A DNA stretch of 64,000 nucleotides from a virus: the IMG/VR virus record IMGVR_UViG_3300043179_000057, positions 1,601-65,600 of that record, one strand, 5' to 3'. Shown one piece after another: positions 27,401 to 35,732 of the stretch; the stretch's first letter is position 1; the number at the start of each line of letters is the position of its first letter. A program made the position numbers and the translations under genes. The notes below the pieces were generated by a model. It was given only the letters and a program-made list of their open reading frames with translations, ran no database searches and was not told the DNA's origin.

Positions 27401-27623
27401 GTGGCCGGCTGCCGGCACACGCACTTCCGCCACTCCATCAAGATGGAGCGGGTCGGCTCCAGGGCGCTGGTGCTCCGAGTGCGGCAGCCCGTTCGTGTTC
27501 AAGGGTCCGGGCGGGTTCTCCACCTACCAGCCGTCCGCGTCGGTAGGGGGCACCATGCTGTACGCCCCCGTGATGTTCCCTCTTACGCACTCCGACAAGC
27601 CAGAGGACAAGGGGCCTAACTGA
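27401..27623 (+). pseudogene. Apparently frameshifted small Cys/His protein
   Basis: CRHTHF..KMERV in one frame; WCSECGSPFVFKG…YAPV in another frame ends at a TGATG junction. Confidence 0.4.
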
Positions 27624-27910
27624 TGGCCAGGGCGAGCGCGGGGCCGGTCTCCGGCCTCAGGAGCGGCGACCGGGTGCGCACCGTCCAGCAGGTGCACGAC
27701 ATCTCCTGGGCCTTCCCGGTCCCGGCCGGGTCCGTAGGGCGCCTGGGCTCCCTCTACCGCGTCCAGGACGGCCTGGAGGTCTGGCAGATGTTCCTGGACC
27801 GGGCCACGGGGGCAAGTCCATGCTCTGAGTCGCCCACACGCACGTCGAGAGGCTTGACGACGACGGCGCCCCGGAGTAGGGTGAGGGCGTGTCGAAGTTC
27901 CTGGACGTGA
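27623..27910 (+). CDS. Hypothetical protein, SH3-like N-terminus; 3' end uncertain
   Basis: LRSGDRVRTV…VPAGSVGRL. Confidence 0.45.
   Translation: MARASAGPVSGLRSGDRVRTVQQVHDISWAFPVPAGSVGRLGSLYRVQDGLEVWQMFLDRATGASPCSESPTRTSRGLTTTAPRSRVRACRSSWT
27854..27882 (+). promoter_or_regulatory. Putative sigma70 promoter, leaderless
   Basis: TTGACG-17nt-TAGGGT; GTG 27889 follows by 6 nt. Confidence 0.6.
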
Positions 27911-28113
27911 GCGGGAAGGAGCTGGAGGCGGCGGTGGACGCCCTGCGGGGCCTCATCGAGGCCCGGGCGGACGAGCTGACCATGGAGGGCGAGTCGCTGG
28001 ACGAGGCGGTGCAGGGCGCCATGGAGAGGGACGCGGCCCTGGACCTCGCCATCATGAGGGCGGCCCACGCGGTGGCGGCGGAGAAGGAGAAGCTGTGGCC
28101 GGCGGGCACATAG
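27889..28113 (+). CDS. Hypothetical acidic helical protein
   Basis: 74-aa ORF downstream of the promoter. Confidence 0.6.
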   Translation: MSKFLDVSGKELEAAVDALRGLIEARADELTMEGESLDEAVQGAMERDAALDLAIMRAAHAVAAEKEKLWPAGT

Positions 28114-28826
28114 CCGAGTCCGGCTCGGTAGACTGGCGCACTCCGTCAAAGATAGTGGAGCCGTCTAGGGCGGCCCTGGGCGGGCGCATAGACCTGGACC
28201 CGTGCTCCACGAGCGGCTCCCTGGTCAAGGCCCGCCACGAGTTCCTGCTGTCGCGCCGCGAGGACGGCCTCGGGCTGTCCTGGACCCACCCCCACGAGCT
28301 GGCCAAGGATTTCCCCTACCACGACGGGCTCGGGACGCGGGTGTCGGTGTACGTCAACCCGCCGTACGGCCGGTGCTACCTGAACCGGACCACCTTCGAG
28401 GTCCTGACGCAGAGGGAGTTCCGCGAGAGGTTCCCGGACGTGCTCCAGAGGAAGCACCTGACGAGGGACCGGGCCTGGACCGTGTCGGACATCGGGGACT
28501 GGGTCGAGAAGGCCTACCGGGAGCACCAGGCGGGGGCCGACGTCGTGATGCTCATCCCCGCCGCCGTGGATACGGCCCACTGGCAGGACGTCATCTTCCC
28601 CCACGCCAAGGCGATATGCTACCTGAGGGGGCGGGTCAGGTTCGAGGGCGCGGCCCAGGGGGCTCCGATGGCGTGCGCCACCGTGTACTTCGGGGCGGAC
28701 CCGCTCGGGTTCATGAGGGCCTTCCACCACCTCGGGTCGCCGTGGTTCGGGAGGACCGACTACCACGAGGCCCTGGCGAGCGGGGCCGTCGAACCGCAGC
28801 GACCGCAGGAGGCAGCGCATGGCTAG
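28095..28826 (+). CDS. Phage DNA N6-adenine methyltransferase (Dam-like)
   Basis: IDLDPCS (SAM binding), VYVNPPYG (catalytic), MLIPAAVDTAHWQ, YLRGRVRF. Confidence 0.88.
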   Translation: MAGGHIAESGSVDWRTPSKIVEPSRAALGGRIDLDPCSTSGSLVKARHEFLLSRREDGLGLSWTHPHELAKDFPYHDGLGTRVSVYVNPPYGRCYLNRTTFEVLTQREFRERFPDVLQRKHLTRDRAWTVSDIGDWVEKAYREHQAGADVVMLIPAAVDTAHWQDVIFPHAKAICYLRGRVRFEGAAQGAPMACATVYFGADPLGFMRAFHHLGSPWFGRTDYHEALASGAVEPQRPQEAAHG

Positions 28827-29013
28827 ACGGGGCAGGCACAGGATGGGCAACCGCCGCGAGGAGCGGCGGGAGGCGGCCGCCAAGCTCAGGGAGCGGGCGG
28901 AGGGCAGGAGCGCGGGCGAGCAGTTGAGCAGGCTGGACGGCCTGCTCGGCGCGGGCAGGGGGGCCGCCAGGGAGCGCCTGCGGCTCCAGAGGCGGACCGA
29001 GAAGGGCGGCTAG
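28819..29013 (+). CDS. Small basic hypothetical protein
   Basis: 64 aa, Arg-rich; last gene of the + block. Confidence 0.55.
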   Translation: MARRGRHRMGNRREERREAAAKLRERAEGRSAGEQLSRLDGLLGAGRGAARERLRLQRRTEKGG

Positions 29014-29015
29014 CT

Positions 29016-29387
29016 CTACAGCTCGCTCTTCGGCAGCGGGTCGAAGATCGGCTGGTGGACCGGCACGACCTGCGTCGGGAAGAAGAGGGTGTCGGTGGCG
29101 AGGAAGCCGCTGCAGTCGCTCCTGCCGTAGTTCGGGTAGGTCACCGTGCCGTCCCGCAGCTTGGGGTCCGTGACGCTCTCCGGGATGAACCGGAGCCCTA
29201 CCTCGGCCGTGCCCCTCAGCTCGGTGACCAGGCACTTCTGCTGGTCGGACCCGTCCGCCTTCGAGAGCCAGGCGATGCCGCCTGGGTAGAACCCGGTGTT
29301 GTCCCCGATGGCGACGAACCCGTCGGAGCCGCCGCCAGCGGTCAGGGCCGCCTTCTTGTTTGGTACCCTCTCGTGCGCCTGTCCCAT
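29016..29387 (-). CDS. Hypothetical protein, probably virion-associated
   Basis: 123 aa; preceded by the GCAATCTTA motif. Confidence 0.7.
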   Translation of the reverse strand: MGQAHERVPNKKAALTAGGGSDGFVAIGDNTGFYPGGIAWLSKADGSDQQKCLVTELRGTAEVGLRFIPESVTDPKLRDGTVTYPNYGRSDCSGFLATDTLFFPTQVVPVHQPIFDPLPKSEL

Positions 29388-29400
29388 TGGTCTCGCCCCC

Positions 29401-29409
29401 TAAGATTGC
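29401..29409 (-). promoter_or_regulatory. Putative late promoter GCAATCTTA
   Basis: The motif recurs upstream of many - strand genes. Confidence 0.6.
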
Positions 29410-29413
29410 GTCC

Positions 29414-30721
29414 TTAGCCGACCTTCGCCCCGCGCTCGCTGCCCGGCCGCCCCCGGGCCATTATGAACCGGCGCAGCCTGTCGTAGAAGGTGGGGTAGTA
29501 GGCCGATATCCGGACCGGCCAACCCCCGTGAAAGTACCAGGACTCACCGGTGTTTACGGACTCCATGAGCATGGGGTGCTCCTGGAGGGACGCCGAGGCC
29601 TGGTACAGGGAAGCCACCGCCTCGGCCACCGAGACGGTCTCGTCCAGGGGCTCCACCGGGTTGTTCCCGCCCTCCGCCAGGACGTCCTCCACGACCGACG
29701 CCGACTCGCTCATGCCCACCAGGTAGGCCGCTAGGGAGTCCTGGGACTCCTCCAGGTCGGGCTCCTCCTCCAGGGGGGCCAGGTTGGCCACCAAGGCGTC
29801 CCCGGCCTCCGCCAGGGACACCGACTCGGGCAGTGCCTCCTCCGCGCCAGCGGACGAGCCCTCGGACTCGGAAAGCGTGACGGTCTCGGACGGGGAGGTC
29901 GCGTAGGCCGCGGACGCCGCCGCCGACTCGGACAGGGAGACGGTCTCCGACAGCGCCCCCACAAATGCCGTTGCGGACGCCTGCCCCTCCGACAGGGAGA
30001 CGGTCTCCTGGGGGGACGCGCCGTAGTCCACCGTGGTGGTCCCGGCTCCGTAGGTCGGGGAGTTGTTGGGGGTCAGGTGCAGCGCGTTGGGCCAGACGTC
30101 CTTGACCGAGTCCGCCCCGCTGGCCGTGCCCGAGGCGGCGTCCCGCAGCGGCCAGCGCGCCACCCCGCCGGTCGGGATGGTGTCGGTGACCACGTGGTCC
30201 TTGCCGAGGTCGTCGAAGAGGTCGTCGATTTCGGTTCCGGACAGGGCCCGGTCGTAGATCCGGACGTCCTCCATGTCCATGTCGGCGTCGTCGGCCTGGT
30301 CGGACCGCGACCCTACGCGGAGGACGGAGCTGCTGTTGAACAGGGTGCCCGAGAACGACGCTGAGCTGGCCTCCTCCACCCCGTCAACGTACAGACGGAT
30401 GGTGCTCCCATTCCAGGTCATGGCCACGTGCCGCCACGCGCCGGTCAGGAAGACCGTGGATCCGGTGAGGTTGGTGTTGGACGTGCCGTTGGTAGAGAGT
30501 CGGACCCTGAGCTGGTTGGTGGTCTCGAAGAAGAAGTAGTAGGCGAGGTCCGTGCCGGTCAAGCCCTTGCCGAGGATGCCGAACTGGTCTCCCGCCACGG
30601 AGGGCAGGGAGTTGAGCTTCACCCATGCCGAGATCGTCAGCGCGCTCGATATGTCGAGCAGGCTGCCGTCCGCCCTGGAGCAGTTCTGGTTGGCGGTGGC
30701 CCTGCGGAACTGGAGGGCCAC
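29414..30721 (-). CDS. LamG/ConA-like lectin domain plus 20-aa repeats (tail appendage)
   Basis: LTISAWVK, WRHVAMTWNGSTIRLYVDGV, DVRIYDRALS; ETVSLSE repeats. Confidence 0.82.
   Translation of the reverse strand: MALQFRRATANQNCSRADGSLLDISSALTISAWVKLNSLPSVAGDQFGILGKGLTGTDLAYYFFFETTNQLRVRLSTNGTSNTNLTGSTVFLTGAWRHVAMTWNGSTIRLYVDGVEEASSASFSGTLFNSSSVLRVGSRSDQADDADMDMEDVRIYDRALSGTEIDDLFDDLGKDHVVTDTIPTGGVARWPLRDAASGTASGADSVKDVWPNALHLTPNNSPTYGAGTTTVDYGASPQETVSLSEGQASATAFVGALSETVSLSESAAASAAYATSPSETVTLSESEGSSAGAEEALPESVSLAEAGDALVANLAPLEEEPDLEESQDSLAAYLVGMSESASVVEDVLAEGGNNPVEPLDETVSVAEAVASLYQASASLQEHPMLMESVNTGESWYFHGGWPVRISAYYPTFYDRLRRFIMARGRPGSERGAKVG
29555..30010 (-). repeat. Degenerate coding repeats with a 60-nt period
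   Basis: GACAGGGAGACGGTCTCC is exact at 29931 and 29991; decayed copies continue at 60-nt steps. Confidence 0.75.
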
Positions 30722-30724
30722 GGT

Positions 30725-31006
30725 CTAGTACCCCTTGTTCGGGTCGAACTCCCGCGCCTGGACCGCCAAGCCCGTCCCTACATCCACCTTCATGAAGCGC
30801 GCGTCGCCTTTGAACATGGGGGCCTTGCAGTCTGGGCACTCGGGGATGGCGTCGAGACCGGCGTGGCCACCGATGCGGCCGCAGTTGCCGCAGACCCACA
30901 GCAGGACCTGTCCGAACCGGGGGCGCTCCGGGGCGCCGTCCTCCGCGGCCTCGTTGGCCGCCAGGTCTATCTTCTCGTCCCCGAAGGCCATGGCGTCTTG
31001 CAGCAA
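30725..31006 (-). CDS. Zinc-ribbon hypothetical protein
   Basis: CGNCG…CPDC. Confidence 0.6.
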   Translation of the reverse strand: MLQDAMAFGDEKIDLAANEAAEDGAPERPRFGQVLLWVCGNCGRIGGHAGLDAIPECPDCKAPMFKGDARFMKVDVGTGLAVQAREFDPNKGY

Positions 31007-31030
31007 CCGGCGTATGGCTGCCGGGCTTCC

Positions 31031-31579
31031 TTACCCCAGGGTGATGGTGTAGGTGATCGTGAGGGTGTCCGACGTCTGGAGGTTGCGCTGCGTGAACCCG
31101 AGGACGTGGTTCATCGTGCCGCCGCTGCCGGCCGTGAAGAGGGCGGCCTTCTGGGCGCTCTGGGCGCCGGTGGCGGTGAACACCTTCTGCACGGTGGTCT
31201 GGTTGCCCGACCCGGTCGGAAGGGTCACGGTGCCGGCGGCGCGGGTGAGGCCGTTCGCCGCGATCTCGTTCGACAGGGTGGTCGAGGTGGCGGTCTCGGT
31301 CACGGTGTCGTTCGACAGAGCGATGAAGTTGAGGCCGTTGGCCCCCAGTCCGGTGTCCCCGTACCCCTGCCTGTGGAGGAATTGGCGCCCCGCGTTGGTG
31401 ATGAGGTTCCAGACCCTCTCGGTCTCCCCTACCTCGCGGTAGACGTACAGGCCCGTCTCCTCGTCCAGGACGGGGCGACGGTGCGTCACGACCATCGACG
31501 CGCGCCCGATGGGCACCACGGCGGACAGCCGACCTCCTAGGGAGGCGGCCAGGTTGCCGATGCTATCCTTGAGGGTCAT
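31031..31579 (-). CDS. Tail/baseplate-associated structural protein
   Basis: TTLSNEI…GLTRAAG, TVQKVFTA, AALFTA, LQTSDTLTITYTITLG; beta-rich structural pattern. Confidence 0.65.
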   Translation of the reverse strand: MTLKDSIGNLAASLGGRLSAVVPIGRASMVVTHRRPVLDEETGLYVYREVGETERVWNLITNAGRQFLHRQGYGDTGLGANGLNFIALSNDTVTETATSTTLSNEIAANGLTRAAGTVTLPTGSGNQTTVQKVFTATGAQSAQKAALFTAGSGGTMNHVLGFTQRNLQTSDTLTITYTITLG

Positions 31580-31629
31580 GCTTTTGCGGTCCTTTCTTAC
31601 GACGGGTCTCTGATGGGGAGCTTGTCCGA

Positions 31630-31637
31630 AAGATTGC
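31630..31637 (-). promoter_or_regulatory. Putative late promoter GCAATCTT
   Basis: Intergenic; upstream of the 31579 start. Confidence 0.55.
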
Positions 31638-31642
31638 GTGGG

Positions 31643-32143
31643 CTACCACTGGTACCTGTCGAAGATCCTCCACACCGACGACATGCCGCCCTTACGGTAT
31701 GCGTCAAGGAGGGCCGGCCACCCGAGGCCGTGCCTCTTGAGGGGTAGCTGGACGTGGGGGGCGTCCGGGAAGGACGCCCAGCGCAGGCCGGCCTCCAGGC
31801 CCAGGGCCGCCGCCTCGACGGCGAGGACCTCGTAGCTGGCCTTGTCGTAGTCGGGCTGGAGCCCCGGCTTGGCCAGGTCCTTGTCGTGGCACAGGTCGCA
31901 CGCCACCCCGTACTGGTGGGCGCTGTAGCCGCCCCGCGCCTTGGTCACGATGTCGCGCGACATGTCCGTGCGGCCGTACGAGTAGAGCTTGTCCTGCTCC
32001 TCGACCGTGCGCAGGCCGTTGGTGGCGTAGTACCTCCACCCGTTGACCTCGCAGCGGTCCGCCAGCGCCGCCAGCTTGACCGCGAAGGGCGGGTAGAGGA
32101 GTCGGGTGTTGATCCGGCCGAGAAGCTCGACGTGGGTCAGCAT
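31643..32143 (-). CDS. M15-family peptidoglycan peptidase (endolysin)
   Basis: GLRTVEEQDKLY, SAHQYGVACD, DAPHVQL. Confidence 0.88.
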   Translation of the reverse strand: MLTHVELLGRINTRLLYPPFAVKLAALADRCEVNGWRYYATNGLRTVEEQDKLYSYGRTDMSRDIVTKARGGYSAHQYGVACDLCHDKDLAKPGLQPDYDKASYEVLAVEAAALGLEAGLRWASFPDAPHVQLPLKRHGLGWPALLDAYRKGGMSSVWRIFDRYQW

Positions 32144-32148
32144 TTACC

Positions 32149-33531
32149 TTACGCTCCCACCGACCCGGGCGTCCCGTCGGCCCCGTCGGCCCCGTCCGCG
32201 CCGTAGTTCTCGATGTGGCGGTCCTGGTTGACGTGAACGATGATGCCTCCGCCCCCCTTGCGACCGCGGCGTCCCGCGCCGCCTCCGCCTCCGGCGCTGT
32301 TCTGCGCGGGATTGCTGCTGTCACCCCCATCACCGCCGTCGCCGCCGTCACCCCCATCACCGCCGTCGGCCTCGATGATGCCGGAGCCCTGAAGAAGGCT
32401 TCCGTAGATCAGGAAGATGGCCCCGGCGCCCCCGCCAGCGCCTCCAGAGCCCCCGCCGCCTCCGCCTCCTCCGCCCTGGTTCTCCACGCCGACCGTGGAG
32501 ACGCCCGGACCGCCGTCGCCGCCGTCGCCGCCAGCTCCGCCGTTGCCGCCGTTCGCGCGGATGACGCCGCCCCCGGAGATGTCGATGACCTTGGCGCACA
32601 GCCACACGAGGCCGCCGCTGCCGCCCGCGCCGCCGCCTCCGCCACCAGCTCCGCCGGTCGTCCGAGACCCGATCGGCGCGTTGCTGCTACCGCCGCCACC
32701 ACCGCCTCCCGCGCCACCACCACCGGCCAGGCCGCCACAAATGCGCTTCCATGCGGCGGTGGCCCCACCTGAGATGGAGCATGCCGAGGTTGCGGTAAGA
32801 TAGTGGGTGGCGGGCAGGAAGCTGCCCACCGCCCAGGTGACGGCCGACCCGACCGAGGCGTCGCTGCCGTTGCTGCCGGTGTCGCCGTCGTCTGCCTCGG
32901 ATGTGCCGGCCGCTCCGGCCGCTCCGCCTGTCGCCCCGCTGCCTGTGCCGCTGCCCGTGCCGCTGCCTCCGCCCGTCCCGCCGGCTCCGCCGGCTCGGCC
33001 AGCGTTGGAACCTACGATGCCGCCACCACCACCGCCGCCACCACCGCCTCCGGCACCGCCACCACCGCCACCGGCCTGGTGGCCAAGGGAGGTGGACGTG
33101 GAGCCGCCGTTGGAGCCGGCGCCGCCGTTGGCCGACGCCGTTCCTCCGTTGCCGCCCGCACCGCCGGCAGCCCCGGCAGCTCCATCGATAAATCCTGAGC
33201 CAGGCGAGCTGCCTGCGGTGCCTGCGGTGCCGCCCGTGGGGGCCGCCGGGGGCGGATCGTCGTTGTCGCCGTCGCCGCCGTCGCCGCCAGCTCCGCCGTT
33301 GCCGCCGCTGCGCGTGATAACGCACGACGAGTTGGCTAGGGTGATGTTCTCGGCGAACATCCGGTACCCGCCCGTGTTGAGGATCTGGGCTCCGGTGCCG
33401 TCCAGAACGACCTCGCCGTAGCTCTTGTCGCTCGCCAGCGTTACGCTGGTCGCCCCCGTCAGCGTGAGGTCGCCGTCGGTAGGCTCGGGGTTGAAGAACT
33501 CTATGTAGCCGGTGCCGCGAAATCCAGCCAT
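32149..33531 (-). CDS. Glycine-rich (PGRS-like) fibre protein
   Basis: GGxGGxGG repeats throughout; a 41-bp exact repeat at 32511 and 33267. Confidence 0.75.
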   Translation of the reverse strand: MAGFRGTGYIEFFNPEPTDGDLTLTGATSVTLASDKSYGEVVLDGTGAQILNTGGYRMFAENITLANSSCVITRSGGNGGAGGDGGDGDNDDPPPAAPTGGTAGTAGSSPGSGFIDGAAGAAGGAGGNGGTASANGGAGSNGGSTSTSLGHQAGGGGGGAGGGGGGGGGGGIVGSNAGRAGGAGGTGGGSGTGSGTGSGATGGAAGAAGTSEADDGDTGSNGSDASVGSAVTWAVGSFLPATHYLTATSACSISGGATAAWKRICGGLAGGGGAGGGGGGGSSNAPIGSRTTGGAGGGGGGAGGSGGLVWLCAKVIDISGGGVIRANGGNGGAGGDGGDGGPGVSTVGVENQGGGGGGGGGSGGAGGGAGAIFLIYGSLLQGSGIIEADGGDGGDGGDGGDGGDSSNPAQNSAGGGGGAGRRGRKGGGGIIVHVNQDRHIENYGADGADGADGTPGSVGA

Positions 33532-33535
33532 CGTC

Positions 33536-33823
33536 CTACTCCCCGACCCCTAGCTCTTCGCCGGCCGCCTTGATAGCGTCGAGATCCTGCCCGGGTGTCT
33601 TGGGCGCGTGCTCGTCGCAGAGCAGGCCCGACTTCTTGGGGTCGTACCCCTGGACCTCGTGGTCGAACGTCAGGTGCCCAAGGATCTTGAAGCATCCCTC
33701 GCCCTGACACGCAACGTCGTACCGGTATCGCTCCCTCTTGCCGGTCAGGGTCGCCTGGACGATCTTGCGCGGCTCGGCGGACGGCGCCGCCTGCGGGGCG
33801 GCCTTCTTGCTCTTCTTGGGCAT
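33536..33823 (-). CDS. Small Cys-containing hypothetical protein
   Basis: 95 aa; AT-rich RBS region upstream. Confidence 0.6.
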   Translation of the reverse strand: MPKKSKKAAPQAAPSAEPRKIVQATLTGKRERYRYDVACQGEGCFKILGHLTFDHEVQGYDPKKSGLLCDEHAPKTPGQDLDAIKAAGEELGVGE

Positions 33824-33837
33824 ATGCTTTTATTTCC

Positions 33838-35265
33838 TTACGAGGCTACGCTCTCGACGACCACGGCCACGACGCCGTCCGGCCACATCACACACACCTG
33901 CATACGCTCGTCAGGAGACGACAGACCGTTGCTGCGCAGGAAGAGGAAGGCCCTGTTCGCGGCGGGCGCCGAAGGGTCTGAGGCCGCCTTGCTCATGTGT
34001 ATGCCCTCTCTTACGAAGGCGAGGTCGTTGACGTCGATGGCCGCCACCACCGGAGCCGTGGGAACCGGCACGCTGGCGGACAGCAGCACTAGGCCGAGGA
34101 TGCTGGTGGTGGCCGGCACCGGGGCGTTGAGCCCCACGGCGAGCTGCTGGTCTCGGGAGAAGACGTCGGACCCGGACCGCCACAGGATGACGTACCTGGA
34201 TCCCGGCACGGTCGGATACCCGAGGGTGGTGAGGGCCGCCTTCTGGGCGACCAGGGGGTCAGCCCCCAAGATGGTGCGGTCCTGGGTTCGATCGACGTCC
34301 ACGTAGATGCAGTCCCCGTCGGCCAGGTCGGTGAGGCCGGCCAGGTCGGTAAGCTGGTCGGCGACCTCGTTCTGGTACCCGGTCGAATTATCGAAGACGA
34401 ACCGCAGCCCCTTCCAGTGGACGTTGGTGCCGTCCCACTCGTAGTGCTCGCCGGAGGCCAGGAATACGGGGCCGTAGGCTACGATCTTCACGTTCCGGTC
34501 GGCCGTCGGGCTGAACCAGCGCTCCCCCCCGCCGACCTCCCAGAGGCGGGTCATGACGGCGTCCGCCCAGCTCTTCATCCGGAGGCCCTTGTCGGCCCCC
34601 GCCCCGAACTCGGTGCTGTCGGTCCTGCCGGCGGGCCACGGGTACGAGTTCGTGGGGTCGGGCGTGCCGCCGCCCGTGCCCAGCCGGAACATGAAGTCCC
34701 GGGCGTCCTCGATCAGAGCCACCCCGTTCGAGGAGTCCGTGGTGACCTTGGCCACCGGGGCCAGGCCCGGGGTGGAGCTGAAGTCTGCGGTCGAGATGAC
34801 GATGCGGTAGTCCAGGGTCCGGGCTAGGGGGACCGTCTGGGGCCCCTCCAGGAGGGTGTCCGCGTTGAGGAACTGCACCAGGTCGGCGGTGCCGGAGTCG
34901 GCCGACCGCACGAGGTCGATGCCGACGAAGTTGACCTGCCCGGGCACGAACGCCCCGTCCACCCGGACGTTGGTCGCGGACAGGACCTCGTCCGCCCGGT
35001 CGGCCGGGACGTCGAACACGGTGCCGCTCTCCGAGGCCCTGGGGTGCAGCAGGAGGCCCCCCGCGGTCCGCAGGACGAGCTGGGATGCCTGGGCGACGCC
35101 GTTGTTGACCAGCTCGAAGCCGGAGACGATCAGGGCCCGATCGTCTGCCATGATGCGGCCGGCCAGGATGTCGAAGTCCCGCGCCACGCCGCTCTCCACC
35201 GACCGGAGGTGGGGGACGTCCTCGCGCTGCTGGCCGAGCCAGTTCTGCTGCCTGACGACCGCCAT
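33838..35265 (-). CDS. Structural protein (baseplate/fibre attachment)
   Basis: 475 aa, beta-rich, within the tail module; late motif 20 nt upstream. Confidence 0.7.
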   Translation of the reverse strand: MAVVRQQNWLGQQREDVPHLRSVESGVARDFDILAGRIMADDRALIVSGFELVNNGVAQASQLVLRTAGGLLLHPRASESGTVFDVPADRADEVLSATNVRVDGAFVPGQVNFVGIDLVRSADSGTADLVQFLNADTLLEGPQTVPLARTLDYRIVISTADFSSTPGLAPVAKVTTDSSNGVALIEDARDFMFRLGTGGGTPDPTNSYPWPAGRTDSTEFGAGADKGLRMKSWADAVMTRLWEVGGGERWFSPTADRNVKIVAYGPVFLASGEHYEWDGTNVHWKGLRFVFDNSTGYQNEVADQLTDLAGLTDLADGDCIYVDVDRTQDRTILGADPLVAQKAALTTLGYPTVPGSRYVILWRSGSDVFSRDQQLAVGLNAPVPATTSILGLVLLSASVPVPTAPVVAAIDVNDLAFVREGIHMSKAASDPSAPAANRAFLFLRSNGLSSPDERMQVCVMWPDGVVAVVVESVAS

Positions 35266-35284
35266 TTACCGTCTCACCGCCTTG

Positions 35285-35292
35285 AAGATTGC
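35285..35292 (-). promoter_or_regulatory. Putative late promoter GCAATCTT
   Basis: Intergenic. Confidence 0.55.
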
Positions 35293-35296
35293 CACC

Positions 35297-35731
35297 TTAC
35301 AGCCCCCCTCGGACGGGCTGGACCTCGTTGCCCCAGTCCATTCCCTCGAAGGCCACCGTGCCGGTTACCACCCCTCGGGAAGGGGCGCTCCAGCCCTGCG
35401 ACTCCACGAACGCCCGGTCCACCCGGAAGACCACCGTGTCGGTGTCCCGGTCCACCAGCATAAGGGCGCAATACTTCACGCGGCTGAGGTCCGGTATGGG
35501 CGCGGTCAGGCCCGCCCCCTCGGCGCCGCCGTCCCTGGCCGTCTTGATCAGGCGGATGACCCCGTGCACGCGGGTGGACTGCGGGATCAGCTCGGCCGGG
35601 GTCAGGGAGTCGAGCCCGTACGCCCTCCGGTGGGAGGTCTCGACGCTCCACGACATCTCGCTGACGCGTCCGAGCACTTCTCCGTTCACGTACAGCACCA
35701 GCTTCGCGCCGGTGACCACCACGGACTTCAC
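35297..35731 (-). CDS. Tail tube-like protein
   Basis: GTG 35731; LYVNGEVLGRVSEMSWSVE…GLDS..PAEL, QGWSAPSRGVVTGTVAFEG resembles the tube fold. Confidence 0.6.
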   Translation of the reverse strand: MKSVVVTGAKLVLYVNGEVLGRVSEMSWSVETSHRRAYGLDSLTPAELIPQSTRVHGVIRLIKTARDGGAEGAGLTAPIPDLSRVKYCALMLVDRDTDTVVFRVDRAFVESQGWSAPSRGVVTGTVAFEGMDWGNEVQPVRGGL

Positions 35732-35732
35732 G

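Noticed and set aside
27780-27880. Pseudogene with an alternative 3' end (…KSML*VAHTHVERLDD…)
   Set aside because: Needs both a frameshift and a nonsense change, which is too many assumptions without homologs.
29013-29016. Rho-independent terminator at the convergence of the two main blocks
   Set aside because: The stop codons are only 2 nt apart and no hairpin followed by a U-tract was seen.
29555-30010. CRISPR-like periodic repeats
   Set aside because: The 60-nt period keeps frame within a protein-coding gene and the copies diverge at the amino-acid level.
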